NCBI RefSeq assembly: GCF_006345805.1
Contig: NC_042998.1
Span: forward strand, 114,886,001-114,950,000
Direction: 5' to 3'
Source: Octopus sinensis
Taxonomy: Eukaryota
DNA length: 64,000 nucleotides
The first letter of the stretch is position 1, and every line of letters begins with the position of its first letter. The notes beneath the pieces were generated by a model, which ran no database searches, was not told the origin of the DNA, and worked only from the letters and a program-made list of their open reading frames with translations. A program made the position numbers and the translations under genes. Below are positions 1 to 12,212 of the stretch, one piece after another.

Positions 1-341
1 TTTACATATATAATTGTATGTGTGTATATATGTATGAAGTTCGTAAACATGTATGATATATATATATATATTTGTTCATACGTTTATAAGTGAGTCTGTG
101 CCTGTATATACATATATGTGTGGGTGTGTATATTGCATTCACTTATTTTTATTTTGCAAAGAAAATTAAGAAACATACACCTTGTAGATCAAGTTTTGTT
201 ACTCCAAAGTAATAAGATCAAAAATGGTGTTACTGGAATCTTATAGTGCTCCAAAGCGACATACACACACGCAAACAGCAATAACCACAACAAAGAAACG
301 GAAAAGAAACAACGCGCACACACATATATGTTCCTTTTCTT

Positions 342-450
342 TTATTTGTTTCACTTATTTGACTGCGGCCATGCTGGGGCACCGTCTTTAGTCGAGCAAA
401 TCAATCTCAGGACTTATTCTTTATCAGTCTAGTACTTACTCTACCATCAT
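342..450 (-). mobile_element. SINE family A, 3' fragment
   Basis: Reverse complement of the family A 3' segment (gactgcggccatgctgg..ttagtcgagcaaatc..ggacttattcttt) seen in full-length copies at 15274 and 22765. Confidence 0.8.
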
Positions 451-499
451 AATTTTGCTATGTAAGGCATCCATATAGTGACCTAGATGACGCATCAGC

Positions 500-680
500 G
501 CATGACAACTGGTGTTTGCTTCCGTCCCGTAACCTATCCGTTCCATAACAGAATCGAAAAATTAAGCGCCAGATTAAATAAGAAAAAGAAGTACTAGTGT
601 CAATTTGTTCCACTAGATCTTTTGTGGCTATGCTGCCGTGCCACAGCATGGCCCCAAAACATTAACTGAAACACGTAAAA
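500..680 (+). mobile_element. SINE family A, diverged 3' half
   Basis: tgacaactggtgtttg..cccgtaac..cagcatggcc..actgaaac matches the family A 3' half with many substitutions. Confidence 0.6.
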
Positions 681-682
681 TA

Positions 683-736
683 TAACGACAGCAACCAAAT
701 TAACGACAGCAGCCAGTTTACGACAGCAACCAAATT
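683..736 (+). repeat. 18-bp minisatellite, 3 copies
   Basis: taacgacagcaaccaaat / taacgacagcagccagtt / tacgacagcaaccaaatt in tandem. Confidence 0.8.
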
Positions 737-781
737 TCCCCTAAGTCCACACTCTGCCGTGTAAATAACTGAAAGGATACT

Positions 782-1378
782 CGTTTACTTGTTTCAGTCA
801 TTTGACTGTGGCCATGCTGGAGCACTGACTTTAGTCGAGCAAGTCGACCCCCGGGACTTATTCTTTGTAAGCCTAGTACTTATTCTATCAATTTTGCCGA
901 ACCGCTAAATTACGGTGACTTAAACACACCAGCATCAGTTGTCAAGCGATGTTGGAGGGGGGGGGGGGGGTACAAACACAGACACACAAACATATACACA
1001 CACACACATATATATATACATATATAAAAGGCGGTGAGCTGGCAGAAACGTTTGCACGCCGGGCGAAATGCGTGGCCGTATTTCGTCTGCCGTTACGTTC
1101 TGAGTTCAAATTCCGCCGAGGTCGACTTTGCCTTTCATCCTTTCGGGGTCGATAAATTAAGTACCAGTTGCACACTGGGGTCGATGTAATCGACTTAATC
1201 CCTTTGTCTGTCCTTGTTTGTCCTCTCTGTGTTTAGCCCCTTGTGGGTAGTAAAGAAATATATATATATACATATATATACGACGGGCTTCATTCAGTTT
1301 CCGTCTACCAAATCCACTTACAAGGCTTTGGTCGACCCGAGGCTATAGTAGAGTACACTTGCCCAAGGTGCTACGCAT
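782..1378 (-). mobile_element. SINE family A, interrupted by a family B SINE
   Basis: The 3' part (782-1026) and 5' part (1261-1378) of family A flank a complete family B copy inserted in the internal (TA)n tract. Confidence 0.9.
1029..1260 (+). mobile_element. SINE family B (tRNA-derived head), full length
   Basis: ggcggtgagctggcagaaacg (A-box-like) ... gagttcaaattcc (B-box-like) ... gtcgactttgcctttcatcctttcggggtcgataaattaagtaccag; the family recurs about 10 times in the window. Confidence 0.9.
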
Positions 1379-2605
1379 TAAATTTTCCTATATAAGACTG
1401 TATGGTCACGGGTGGAATATATATATCGATGATACTGAGTATAGGCTTGCACGATCAACGCTGACTTGGAGTTAAACAACAGCGGTAAACACTTCTTCCC
1501 ACTCTATCCTACAATCTACTTTTCACCTCCCACTGTCTAACCCCTACATGTCTTTGAGTTACTGTCCTACACAATTATTAACTCGCTACTGACTGGGGAG
1601 AAGAATTATAACAGTACGGACAGCAAAGGACCGCCCATTCCTCACTGGAGAACATCTGCCAGTAGCAGTCAGTCACCACTCCTTCACAACAGAGAGAGAA
1701 GCTCTGTGTTAGTGGTGGTGATGGTGGTGCTAATGGTGGGTACAGAAAGAAGAGACGCACTGAAGGGATATAAGCCTGCTGCTTCAATGTGTGAAGTTCT
1801 ATTTTATGCACGTTATTCTATGTGTGTGCGTGTGTGCGTAGCTGTATGCTTTTCCTGTGCGTTGAAGCGTTAGGGTGTTTATGCTCGTGTAGTTTTATAG
1901 GTTGGTGTTTATGTGGACATACTTTTATGTACATATGCGTGCCTGTTTGTCGGTATATGTTTATTTAGGTGTCTATGTGTCGGTGCGTGTTTGCTTTTCG
2001 AGTGCTTAATGTGTGTATGTGTGCGTGCGTGCATGTACGTGTGTGTACGCATGTGTGAAGCAATATTTGAAGTATTTGTGTTTGTGTGTGTGTGTGTGTG
2101 CGTGTGTGTGCGAATGTCTATGTGTATACTTAGTTTATTTGGGCTAATATTCATATGTTTTGCTGTTTAGATCCAAGTCGATCTTCTTGGAGAAAACAGG
2201 ATATGAAAGGTATTTCAGCCGTGACCATCTCCCCATTAAACTTCGAATTAAATTATTCAGTGTAATTTGAGAGAGATCTGGTTCCTATTTCTATTTCAGG
2301 CTTAGCAAACACATGAAAGTCCCCATGTTGCTCCGTGTGCATGTCTGTGATGAGAATGTAAATGTAAGTGCTGTGTATGTGCAGCATGTATGATAATGTG
2401 AATGTGTGTGTGTGCGTGCATACATACATACATACACACATACATACATACATACATACATACATACATACACAGATATATATATATATATATACATTGC
2501 AAGAAATAGGAGCTAAACCAATGTAATGCTGTAGTTAACGCACATGAATGAAAACATATACACTAACAAGGAGCATAATTGTCCAAAAAATGCCGACCAA
2601 GAATT

Positions 2606-2654
2606 CTTAATTCTGACGTCAGTTTCGGCAATTTCCGTTGCCTCATCAGTCAAG
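2606..2654 (-). ncRNA. Minimal type I hammerhead motif, mutated cleavage triplet
   Basis: Minus strand CTTGA-CTGATGA-GGCAA(CGGAAA)TTGCC-GAAAC-TGACGTCA-GAA-TTAAG. Core and stem II intact, palindromic stem III, triplet GAA instead of GUH. Confidence 0.65.
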
Positions 2655-2814
2655 CCCACTCAATCCTGCGGCCTCTTCTTGACTTGATTCTCTATTAGTA
2701 TATATGTTTTCGCCATCCTAATTAATGAATGATTCGCTAATGTGCAAACTTAAAATTAATATAAACTGCAGGTTACTATGTTTCACCGAAAAGGAGAATT
2801 ACAATTATCACTAA

Positions 2815-2957
2815 ATGTGACTAGGCTGTTAAGAAACACCTACATTGCTAGAAATGAGAGCTAAAATGCTCTAATGCTGCAGTTAGAGCATTTGTTAGAG
2901 TATTAGAGCATTTAGCTCTTATTTCTAGTAATGTGTTTCTTAACACCCTGGTCACAT
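2815..2957. repeat. Fold-back inverted repeat (~60-bp arms), MITE-like
   Basis: atgtgactaggctgttaagaaacac..gctagaaatgagagctaaaatgctctaat pairs with attagagcatttagctcttatttctagtaatgtgtttcttaacaccctggtcacat. Confidence 0.8.
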
Positions 2958-3334
2958 GTGTGTGAGTGTGTGTGTGTGTGTGTTTACGTGGATGTGACAA
3001 AGAAGGAGAAAAGAAGGACTAACAGAATCAAGAGAAGGAGATTGTACTTGAGTATGTGTGTGTAATCTTGAGATACACAATGTGAAAGACAAAAGGAGTC
3101 ACTGCCTCGACACAAGATCCTTTCGCTTCTTCATGTATCGTCGTTCTTGTTTAGCCCCAAGTCAACCATATTTGGATCATATTGATCAAAGATGTTTCAG
3201 TCGTGGCCTACACGTTTTTACATAAATTGAACTACAAATTTCGATATGCATTTTCTTTTATATAATATTATATGGTAGCATGTATTCTGAGAGAGATTTG
3301 TCTCTTAATTATAGTAAGTAGAAAATGCAATTGA

Positions 3335-3510
3335 GCTGGTAGAACTGTAACGGCAGAGAACAAATTTCTTTGAGTTCAAATGCATCCGGAGTTGATTTTG
3401 CATTTCATCCTTTCGAGGTCGATAAATTAAGTACCAGTGAAGTACTAGAGTCGATGAAATCGACTTATCTACCCCCGCGAGAAATACTGGCATTGTACCA
3501 AAATTTGAAA
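3335..3510 (+). mobile_element. SINE family B, diverged
   Basis: gagctggtagaa..gagttcaaatgc..gcatttcatcctttcgaggtcgataaattaagtaccagt. Confidence 0.8.
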
Positions 3511-4423
3511 CGGTTCACATCAGAGTGAATCATTAAAATTGGATAATGTGATCATAAAGTGGTAAAAGAGACCGGCTGGCCACAGGTGGAATGATTCTCA
3601 TAATAGGTTTTAGCTTGATCCAAGCGGATAATTTTGCAACACACATCTAAAATCTCTACTAGTTCATACGTCTATAATATTATCAGACTCCATTACATAT
3701 ACACATGGTTATGTCATCAGCTATTGTTTATAAAAAAATATTTGTAAATATTCATTTGTAATCATTTATTAGCAAAGACAACTTTCCATGCGAATACATT
3801 TGTTTATGTGTCTTTTCTGCTTTCAAACTCGCTCGACGTAGACACTTTCATAATTGACATTCTATCTCAATGCTGCCAAAGGTATTGGAGTTTTGAATGA
3901 ATTAACCTGAGTGTTAGTTGGTGACTATACAACCTTATGCATTCCCTGTAAATCCCTATGTTTGTCTCCATAAACATGGATGTACATAAGCACACCCAAG
4001 TGCGCGCACACATATATTTCTCTGTAAGTATATATTTCTCCTCTCTTTCCTTCTCTCCCTTACACCACCAAGCCTGAGTCCAACAGCAATGCGGTTGCGA
4101 CTACGCTACCTCTATCTGTCATGCACGTACGCATAAATAGCTAAAGTATACGCACACGCACACACCAGATGAGAAAACGCACGCATGCATATATTTTCTT
4201 CCAGACAAGCCCGCGTACATCTGTACGTTCACATATAAATACATGAATGTACATACATTCCCCAATGATCCATAAGTAGACACACCCAAACATACATATA
4301 AAACATGTTCGCGCGACCACTAACGCATCAGTAACTAACGCACACACATACATACAACGAATATCATTCACGCAGCTGACATAGACAACTGATGCATACA
4401 CAATGCTAGATATACCATTGCAC

Positions 4424-4577
4424 TTAGGTGTGCTTAAGCACAGGGCCCGTTGACCAGGGGGTCCTCTCTTCCAGCAGCAAAATTTTTTCACGATTATTTT
4501 TCAAATGTGAAATGTTCAAATAAGGGGCTTCATAACGTAACTAGCACTGGGCCTCATTTTTCCTAAATCCGGCACTG
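4424..4577. mobile_element. Possible hAT-type MITE remnant
   Basis: The right end cctaaatccggcactg resembles a CAGTGCCGGATTTAGG-type terminal inverted repeat; the left end is degenerate. Confidence 0.3.
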
Positions 4578-5124
4578 CACATACACCTACATATTCGCAC
4601 ACGTCCGTACTCAAGGGTGGTTGATACGCACCCACACCCATATGTATACGCACCCTACCAAACACGCACCTTAGCATCAAGTGTCTGATGCTATCAGTTC
4701 CCACTCACATGCCAACCCTCATCTACGCTCTAGCTTACACATATTCACACCTCATCTGACACATGTACAAATATCAGTCATCCACATCCACTCACACACC
4801 TGGTGTACAAAAACATATTCTGTTTCGAACGGCCTGCACGTTCCTTAAAAGGCAGGCGAGAAAGCAAGACAACACCAGCTTTCTGTCCAGCTACGCGGTC
4901 CAACAAATCATCCTTCCTAAAGCATCTGGTGTAGCTGAAAGCCAATCTTACTTCTAAAGATATATTGTGACCAGTCTTGACCAATAGCAACCTAGTTTCC
5001 AGCAGCTATTTCGGATTTGCTTTATTTTTGCATTTGGTTACTAAACCTCAAAGACCTAGGTAAGAAGCTTGCGAATCTCGAAGTCGTATCAAACAGTTTT
5101 AAACAACAACAACAACAACAACAG

Positions 5125-5312
5125 CAGCAGCAATAATCGTTTCAAATTTTGGCCCATGGCCAACAATTTCAGATTAGGGGGATGAATCGTATACGTTGAC
5201 CGCAGTACTCAACTGGTACTTATTTTATCGACCCAGAAAGAATGACAGGCAAAGTTGAACTCGTCGAAATTTGAACTTAGAACGTAAAGACGAACGAAAT
5301 GCTACTAAGCAC
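5125..5312 (-). mobile_element. SINE family B
   Basis: Reverse complement of the family B body (aactggtacttattttatcgaccc..gaaatttgaacttagaacgtaaagac). Confidence 0.8.
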
Positions 5313-5324
5313 TTGAAGATTTCT

Positions 5325-5500
5325 TAAGGCAACTGGAGATCCCATGCGCAATTGATGTCTTGCAACAAGCAGCGTTACTGGGCACAGCGCACATCTTAAG
5401 GGAAGTATTAACCGTTTGAGGTCCTTGTTGTGATTTGACACATGACTAAAGACTCCGGTGTATTTTTACCTACACTGTATTACGAAGGAATAATAATAAT
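5325..5500 (+). mobile_element. Dong/R4-clade LINE 3' end
   Basis: Translates LEIPCAIDVLQQAALLGTAHILREVLTV*, the typical R4/Dong C-terminus; a short 3' UTR and (AAT)/(GAT)n tail follow. Confidence 0.8.
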
Positions 5501-5512
5501 AATAAAAAAATA

Positions 5513-5563
<51 letters not shown>

Positions 5564-5684
5564 GTGATCATGATCATGATGTTAATATAAGAGAATTGCT
5601 TCGAAAATTTATTCAGCCCTACAAACTCTCACCCTGTATATCATCGTGTAGCGCCACTAATTCAGAAACTTTTTTCTTTGTATA

Positions 5685-5935
5685 TTCTCTTTCTGAGCTT
5701 TGAATAATTCACTCCTAGAAATATGGGTGTTTCGTTCATCTCCTTTAAACAACCATTCTTCAGGGATCTTTTAAGGAGTATTGGTTGCTTGAGCTGAAAA
5801 AAAATTCCAAAGTGGCCCTCATTTGCAAGGTCATGCGCTGTTTATCTTGATATGAGGTTACCATGTCTCATACATATTGTTGTGATGCATGTGCCTGGTG
5901 TACTCTAATGATATGAGTAGTCATCCGGGACATAC
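5685..5935 (+). mobile_element. 3' half of the microsatellite-embedded ~545-bp element
   Basis: Diverged reverse complement of 49640-49910 (gggtgtttcgttca..gctgtttatcttgatatgag..tgtgatgcatgtgcctggtgtac..tagtcat), ending in (ACT)n/(AAT)n. Confidence 0.75.
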
Positions 5936-5985
5936 TACAACTACTACTACAACTACTACTACTACTACTACTACTACCACTACCA

Positions 5986-6018
<33 letters not shown>

Positions 6019-6049
6019 ATAATAATAATAATAAAAATAATAATAATCC

Positions 6050-6242
6050 TTTCTATTAGAGGAGAAAGGCCTGAAATTTGGGGTGAGGGGGCCAGTGGAT
6101 TAGATCGACCCCATTACACAACTGGTACTTAATTAATCGACCCCGAAAGGATGAAAGGCAAAGTCGACCTCGAAGGAACTTGAACTCAGAACGTAAAGAC
6201 AGACGAAATACCGCTAATCATTTCGCCATGCGTGCTAACGTT

Positions 6243-6245
<3 letters not shown>
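6050..6245 (-). mobile_element. SINE family B
   Basis: gatcgaccccattacacaactggtacttaattaatcgaccccgaaaggatgaaaggcaaagtcgacctcg..gaactcagaacgt. Confidence 0.85.
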
Positions 6246-6274
<29 letters not shown>

Positions 6275-6363
6275 AGTTCAGACGAACTAAATGCCGCTAA
6301 GCATGTTAATGGGCCAGCTCGCCACCTTAACAACAACAACAATAATAATAATAATGATAAGAC

Positions 6364-6474
6364 GAAGAAGAAGAAGAAGAAGAAGAAGAAGAAGAAGAAG
6401 AAGAAGAAGAAGAAGAAGAAGAAGAAGAAGAAGAAGAAGAAGAAGAAGAAGAAGGAGAAGAAGAAGAAGAAGAA
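6364..6474. repeat. Near-perfect (GAA)n tract
   Basis: About 110 bp of GAA repeats with one GGA interruption. Confidence 0.95.
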
Positions 6475-6499
6475 AAAGAGAAAGAAGTTGCGATAGTAT

Positions 6500-6935
<436 letters not shown>

Positions 6936-7059
6936 AGAAAGAGATAAGATGAAAAGACACAGATTTGTTTTACAGGATTTAAGAGTATTTTAGAACCATG
7001 ATAACAAAGATTTACAAATTTGTAGCAAATAAAGTTTTGTTTTTTCAACATAATTGAAG

Positions 7060-7092
7060 TAAGGACTGGTTTCGCATTGCTCATCAAGCTGA
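7060..7092 (-). ncRNA. Degenerate minimal hammerhead downstream of the Penelope GIY-YIG domain
   Basis: Minus strand tcag-c-TTGATGA-GC(AAT)GC-GAAAC-CA-GTC-CTTA, about 200 nt past the ORF end, the expected position for a PLE terminal-repeat hammerhead. Confidence 0.6.
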
Positions 7093-7274
7093 GAATTGAA
7101 ACGGGGGAAAAGAATTGCTTCGGGGGAAAATATTGCTAGGGGAGATAATTGTTCACTAATTTATTTTACAGTAAAGGGGAGGTAAATCTGTAATTGTTAT
7201 TTTTTTATGTTTTGTGTTTTCTATTTTATTCTGCCTTATATCTGACTTTAGATGGAGTAGCTCCTTTATTGTTA

Positions 7275-8042
7275 ATATGGGTTCATATTTAATTCTGGTT
7301 TATATTTTTGGATAAAAGAGGCTTTTTTATTCAGTCTTACTTGTGTTGAGGTCCAAAAGGCAAGTTGATAAAATGGGAAAATTACGAATTGAGGTTGTAA
7401 TTGTTTTGCACATTCGTCAGTGTATTAACTGAGGTATATTTGGCGATATTATGGGGAGGAAATTTGTTGTTTGTGGATCGTTCATCTCTATCGGAATGAA
7501 TTTCCTGCCGAGCCAATATAGTATCGATGGCAGCACAAACATCTAATTACGTAAATGAGGTTTTGGGAGTCGAAAGCGAAGTTAGATTTGATTTTGAATA
7601 TCTGCCCTTGTCTGAAATGGAATTTTGATCCTTCCAACAGATTGGGACATGTTCTGCAATAGGGGTGACCACACTTTACAACTCTTACATCCGTTGTTCT
7701 AGAGAATAGTTTAGCATTGGTGAGAATATATTTCAATGTCTTACGCTGTTTGCTACTCTTAATGATTTTATGGTTACGTAGAATTTCCTTAAGCTTGGGG
7801 TCCCAGTGTAGTATTGAAAGATTTTGGATGATGGTATTGAATGCTTCTTTGTTTCTGGGATTGTATGGGGAGATACAAGTTAGTGTTTTGAGAGTAGATG
7901 TGTTTTTGTTTTTGGCTTTTCTTAATGTTTTAGTATCAATGGTTTTTGCAAGCTGAATTCCTTCATTTATGAGTTGTGTTGGGTAATGCATACATATATA
8001 ATAACCGATTAAGGGAACAGGCGATGGATTTCGTTTTGACAC
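7275..8042 (-). pseudogene. Penelope-like element, RT C-terminal linker plus GIY-YIG endonuclease (disrupted)
   Basis: ORF 7488-8042 contains YNPRN..KCGHPYCRTCPNL..NLIYVIRCLCCHRYYIG. It continues with in-frame stops as TIHKQQISSP..PQFVIFPFYQL..SFIQKYKPELN. Confidence 0.9.
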
Positions 8043-8607
8043 TTCCTGCGACTGTCCTTTACGGGTGGAATATTGTGCATCATATTCTATTTCATCAATT
8101 TTGGAATCTGGGTCATGTCAGGTCCATACATAATAAAGTGGTGTCCTTGAAGTAAAACCAACGGAAATATACCCCCAACTGCGGAAGACACCCGGTAGCA
8201 CAAACTGTCCTAGTGCTTTACTCAACACATCATCACTCTAATACACCCATTAGTCCCAAAATCACATATATATATGTATATATATGTATATATATATATA
8301 TGTATGTATACACACACACACACACACATATATATATACATACCCATTCACACACTCATACACGAGCGACAGAACGAACGAAAGAAAGTGGCACTAAACG
8401 CGTTTTGTAGAAGTTGCTGTATTGTTTAAAATCAGTTTCATTCGGTGCCATGCAACTTCGACATTTGTTTGCCTCACGAGTTCCTGGGATTGAGGGAAGC
8501 AAAGAAGGAGAATGACATGTTCCTGAGTATCTTCTGAAGGTCATTGGATATAATCACAGTCGAAGCTCGAACTTGCATGGCGCCGAATCAAACTGCTACT
8601 GAATAAG

Positions 8608-8640
<33 letters not shown>

Positions 8641-8683
8641 TGTGTATTTGTGTGGGTGGGTGCGTCTGCGTATCAACCAATCA

Positions 8684-8810
<127 letters not shown>

Positions 8811-9133
8811 TATATACACATACATATACATATGTGGGTGTGTTTGTCTGGGTGTCTGTATGTGTGTGTGTGTTGTGTATACACACACATATAGAGAGAT
8901 AACTAAACAAATGGATGGTTAGATACATACAAATAAACTCACTTTCACATATACGCACATACGTTACGCTTGTGCGTGTTTGTGTGTGTGTGTGTTTCTG
9001 CTTGTATCCGACCAAAATCTTTAGTCGAAATTTCACCGTCAGGCAGAGAATCAAAGGTGCACAGTGGTTAGTTTTCACATTCTGTTTCAGACACACACAC
9101 ACAAACACACACACGTATATGTGCACATATATA

Positions 9134-9242
<109 letters not shown>

Positions 9243-10149
9243 ATATATATATACATACATATATGTATGTATACGTGTGTGTATATGTGTGTATGTGTGT
9301 ACATGTACAGAGACACACTTATTCATATAGCCTGCTTCCATCCTTCTCACAGAACAAAAAAGGAATTGAGAAAAAGGTACAAAAATAAAATATAAAATTG
9401 CGCTTTCCTTTCATTGCGTTTATCCGTACTGTTTTGTTTTTTTATTTGCTTTTCTTTATCTTTTCGAAAACCTTTGGACGATTACTCCGATAGCATCGGT
9501 GCTATTTTAGCACCAAAACCAATAATTTCTCCTCTGAATACCGCTCCCCCTTCCTCTGCATCTCTCTTTTTCTCTATTTCTCAATCTCTCCTTTCTTTCT
9601 CCTTCAATTTAACTCAATCTGTGACTTTGTTTTACACGTTTTTGTCTTTTGTTTTTCATTAATTCTTTTTTCATATTTTTCTCATAGCGTAACGTTTCTT
9701 CTATATATACTTGTGTGAAGTGTGTGTGTGTGTGTATGTGTGTGTATGCGTGCCTGTGTTTGTGTGTGTGTATATGTGTATTTTTTGCTCTCGTACAAGG
9801 ATCACATCACAGCACCATTTCCTACTTCTATTACGAAACAGTAAATGCTAGTAGGTGACATGTTCATACTACTAAACCAGCTAACTTAGCTTGCTTGCTG
9901 TCTGGTTGCTTAGTTGGGACATTGGTGAATTAGTTGGCTGTACACAAACAGATGGCGGCTAACGTAAGGTGTGAACAACTATCCGACATAAGGGTATTTG
10001 AGTGTGTGATTGTACACAAGTAGTGAAGTCATATAATCAATGAAGAAACGGCAAGATATATTTACTCTTGATATATTAAAACAAAACCTGGTTGCTTTTG
10101 TTTTTGACATTACTGCTTTGTTTAAGCCGGTTCAGTTTTAAGCCAGCAT

Positions 10150-10350
10150 AATCCAGTGTACTGCAGCCATCAAGGATGGTCGTCATCTTGCGACTGCATG
10201 ATTTGGATATAATTATCCGAGATACGTCATTCTACAGCGAGAATATCCTATTTTTGGGTGGGTAGAATGGAGCCATGTGAAATGCAATGTGTTGCAGCAA
10301 GCACACAATAAGACGTCCGATCGGGAAATCGATCCCAGGACCTTACTATC
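10150..10350 (-). mobile_element. Third SINE family (family C), diverged
   Basis: tggagccatgtgaaatgcaatgtgttgcagcaagcacacaa..gggaaatcgatcccaggacc reads on the minus strand as a B-box (ggatcgatttccc) followed by a conserved central domain. Confidence 0.5.
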
Positions 10351-10829
10351 CTCAGATAAAGATAAAAAATATAAATAAAAAGACAGCTTAATCAGTATAA
10401 CCACACTGAAACAGCTGTAATCAAAAGTGTCGTAACCTTGGTCTCCCATTGTTTTATAATATTCCACCGTGTCCTGTTGTCTGCCAAATTCGTTGTTGAT
10501 GTAGGAATATGGCGTTGTCTTTTACAGCAGGCCGAACAGTTAAGTCGAAGTTTCCATAATGATTCATGATTTTTTTATACAGTAATACTTTTGTTGTTTT
10601 TCTGAAATGTCAAATTGTATTTCAATGAAAATCAGGAATACTATCATAAGAGTTGACTGTAAAAATGATATTTAGATCTAACTCCCTCCCATAAAACACA
10701 CGCACACAAGAAAAAACAAACATAAAATTAGTATTATGACTGGATTAATAACAATATGATTTAGAGAGTATAATCCTTATAGGCGCAAAGAAGATATCTT
10801 GATTCTATACGTATATATTGGTTGTTTTA

Positions 10830-11000
10830 AATTTTGGTACAAGTCCAGCAAGTTCGGGTCATCGACTCCAGTGCTCGGCTGGCACTTATTTTATCGACTC
10901 CGAAATGGGTTGATATGACGTTTCCGCGGAATTAGAACACGTATCATAAAGATGAAAGCAATGCTGCTAAGCATTTTGCATGGCGTGCCAATGATTCTGT
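10830..11000 (-). mobile_element. SINE family B, diverged
   Basis: tcatcgactccagtgctcggctggcacttattttatcgactccgaaa..gctaagcattttgcatggcgtgc. Confidence 0.7.
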
Positions 11001-11284
11001 CAGCTCACTGTAATATTTTATACGTAAATATTGCGATTAAAATTATGATCTGCTACTCACGATTTCTTGCGTTAAGTTTTCATGTGTGCATAATTTTAAA
11101 CCATTTTTACTTCTGGTTGGTTCTAATGGTTTCTCTGAATTTTCAAACTAAGAATTTCTAATCAAATTCAGTAAGGTGAATCTCATGTTGCCTGTTGTTG
11201 CCTATTTGATATGTCATAGATATTTTGTTAAACTATTTCTTATTCTAATAGGTTTTAATATTGTCGAAGTAAATAATGCGACTA

Positions 11285-11490
11285 TCTGGCCGAAACGTTA
11301 GCACACCGAGCGAAATGTTTAGTGGTATTTCGACTATCATTACGTCTTGAGTTCAAATTTCACCGAGGTTTAATTTGCCTTTCATCCTTTTGGAGTCGAT
11401 AAATTAGGTAACAGTTGCATAATGGGGTCGATCTAATCGACTGGCCACCTACCCCAAAATTTCGGGCCTTGTTCCAAGAGCAGAAGAGAA
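11285..11490 (+). mobile_element. SINE family B
   Basis: ctggccgaaacgttagcacaccgagcgaaatg..gagttcaaatttcaccgagg..gcctttcatcc. Confidence 0.85.
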
Positions 11491-11694
11491 TATTGTCGAG
11501 GTAAATTCTACAAGTCTTTCAATATCCGTTTTGAATTACTGCAATTTGATCTGTATAAAGCTTGAAAAAATGAAAAGCAAGAAGGATTGTCATGTTTCAT
11601 ACGAGGATTAAATGAATCGGTTTTGTTTTCACATCTTTTAAAAGACCGTTAGTAGTGATGCAAACTGGAATAATCTCAACTAAGAATAAAAATC

Positions 11695-12074
11695 TGATTG
11701 GCTGTGTGGCATGTAGCTTGCTTACCAACCACATGGTTTCAGGTTCAGTCTCACTGCGTGGCACCTTCGGCAAGTGTATACTATAGCGTCGGGCTGACCA
11801 AAGCCATGTGAGTGGACTTGGTAGATGGAAACTGAAAGAAGCCCGTCGTATATATGTATATATATATATTTGTGTGTCCGTGTCCCCAACATCGCTTGAC
11901 AACCGATGCTGGTGTGTTTACGTCCCCGTAACTTAGCGGTTCGGCAAAAGAGACCGATATGATAAGTACTAGGCTTACAAAGAATAAGTTCTGGGGTCGA
12001 TTTACTCGACTAAAAGGCGGTGCTCCAGCATGGCGGCAATCAAATGACTGAAACAAGTACAAGAGTAAAGAGAG
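11695..12074 (+). mobile_element. SINE family A, full length
   Basis: ggctgtgtgg..ggttcagtctcactgcgtggcaccttcggcaagtg..ggaaactgaaagaagcccgtcg(TA)n..cttgacaaccgatgctgg..aaatgactgaaacaag. Confidence 0.9.
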
Positions 12075-12212
12075 TAACTGTTTTAAGACTTAGCTGATGC
12101 GATCAATCTCATAAAACTAAGTGTCAGTCTTACATATTCAGACTCGCAGAGTTGCATAAGCAGTGCATAGCCGGTCGAAATGTTTTCTTGGGTATAAATA
12201 CATCTTTTAACA

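Noticed and set aside
683-736. CRISPR-like appearance of short repeats (also 33860-33992)
   Set aside because: Contiguous tandem units with no unique spacers, in a eukaryotic context.
1029-1110. tRNA gene at SINE heads
   Set aside because: Only A/B-box-like motifs are present; no full cloverleaf, and the sequence continues into the SINE body.
942-1175. ORFs overlapping SINEs (also 11597-12062, 15311-15642, 18443-18750, 22671-23045)
   Set aside because: Similar peptides recur only because the SINE sequence recurs; there are no coding hallmarks.
9952-9969. ATGGCGGCTAAC|GTAAGG as a plus-strand first exon
   Set aside because: No convincing downstream exon or promoter; too short to support.
12090-12195. 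Hammerhead-like CTGATGC-GATC..GGTC-GAAAT
   Set aside because: A9 is mutated, and there is no valid stem III, NUH triplet or stem I pairing; too degenerate to call.
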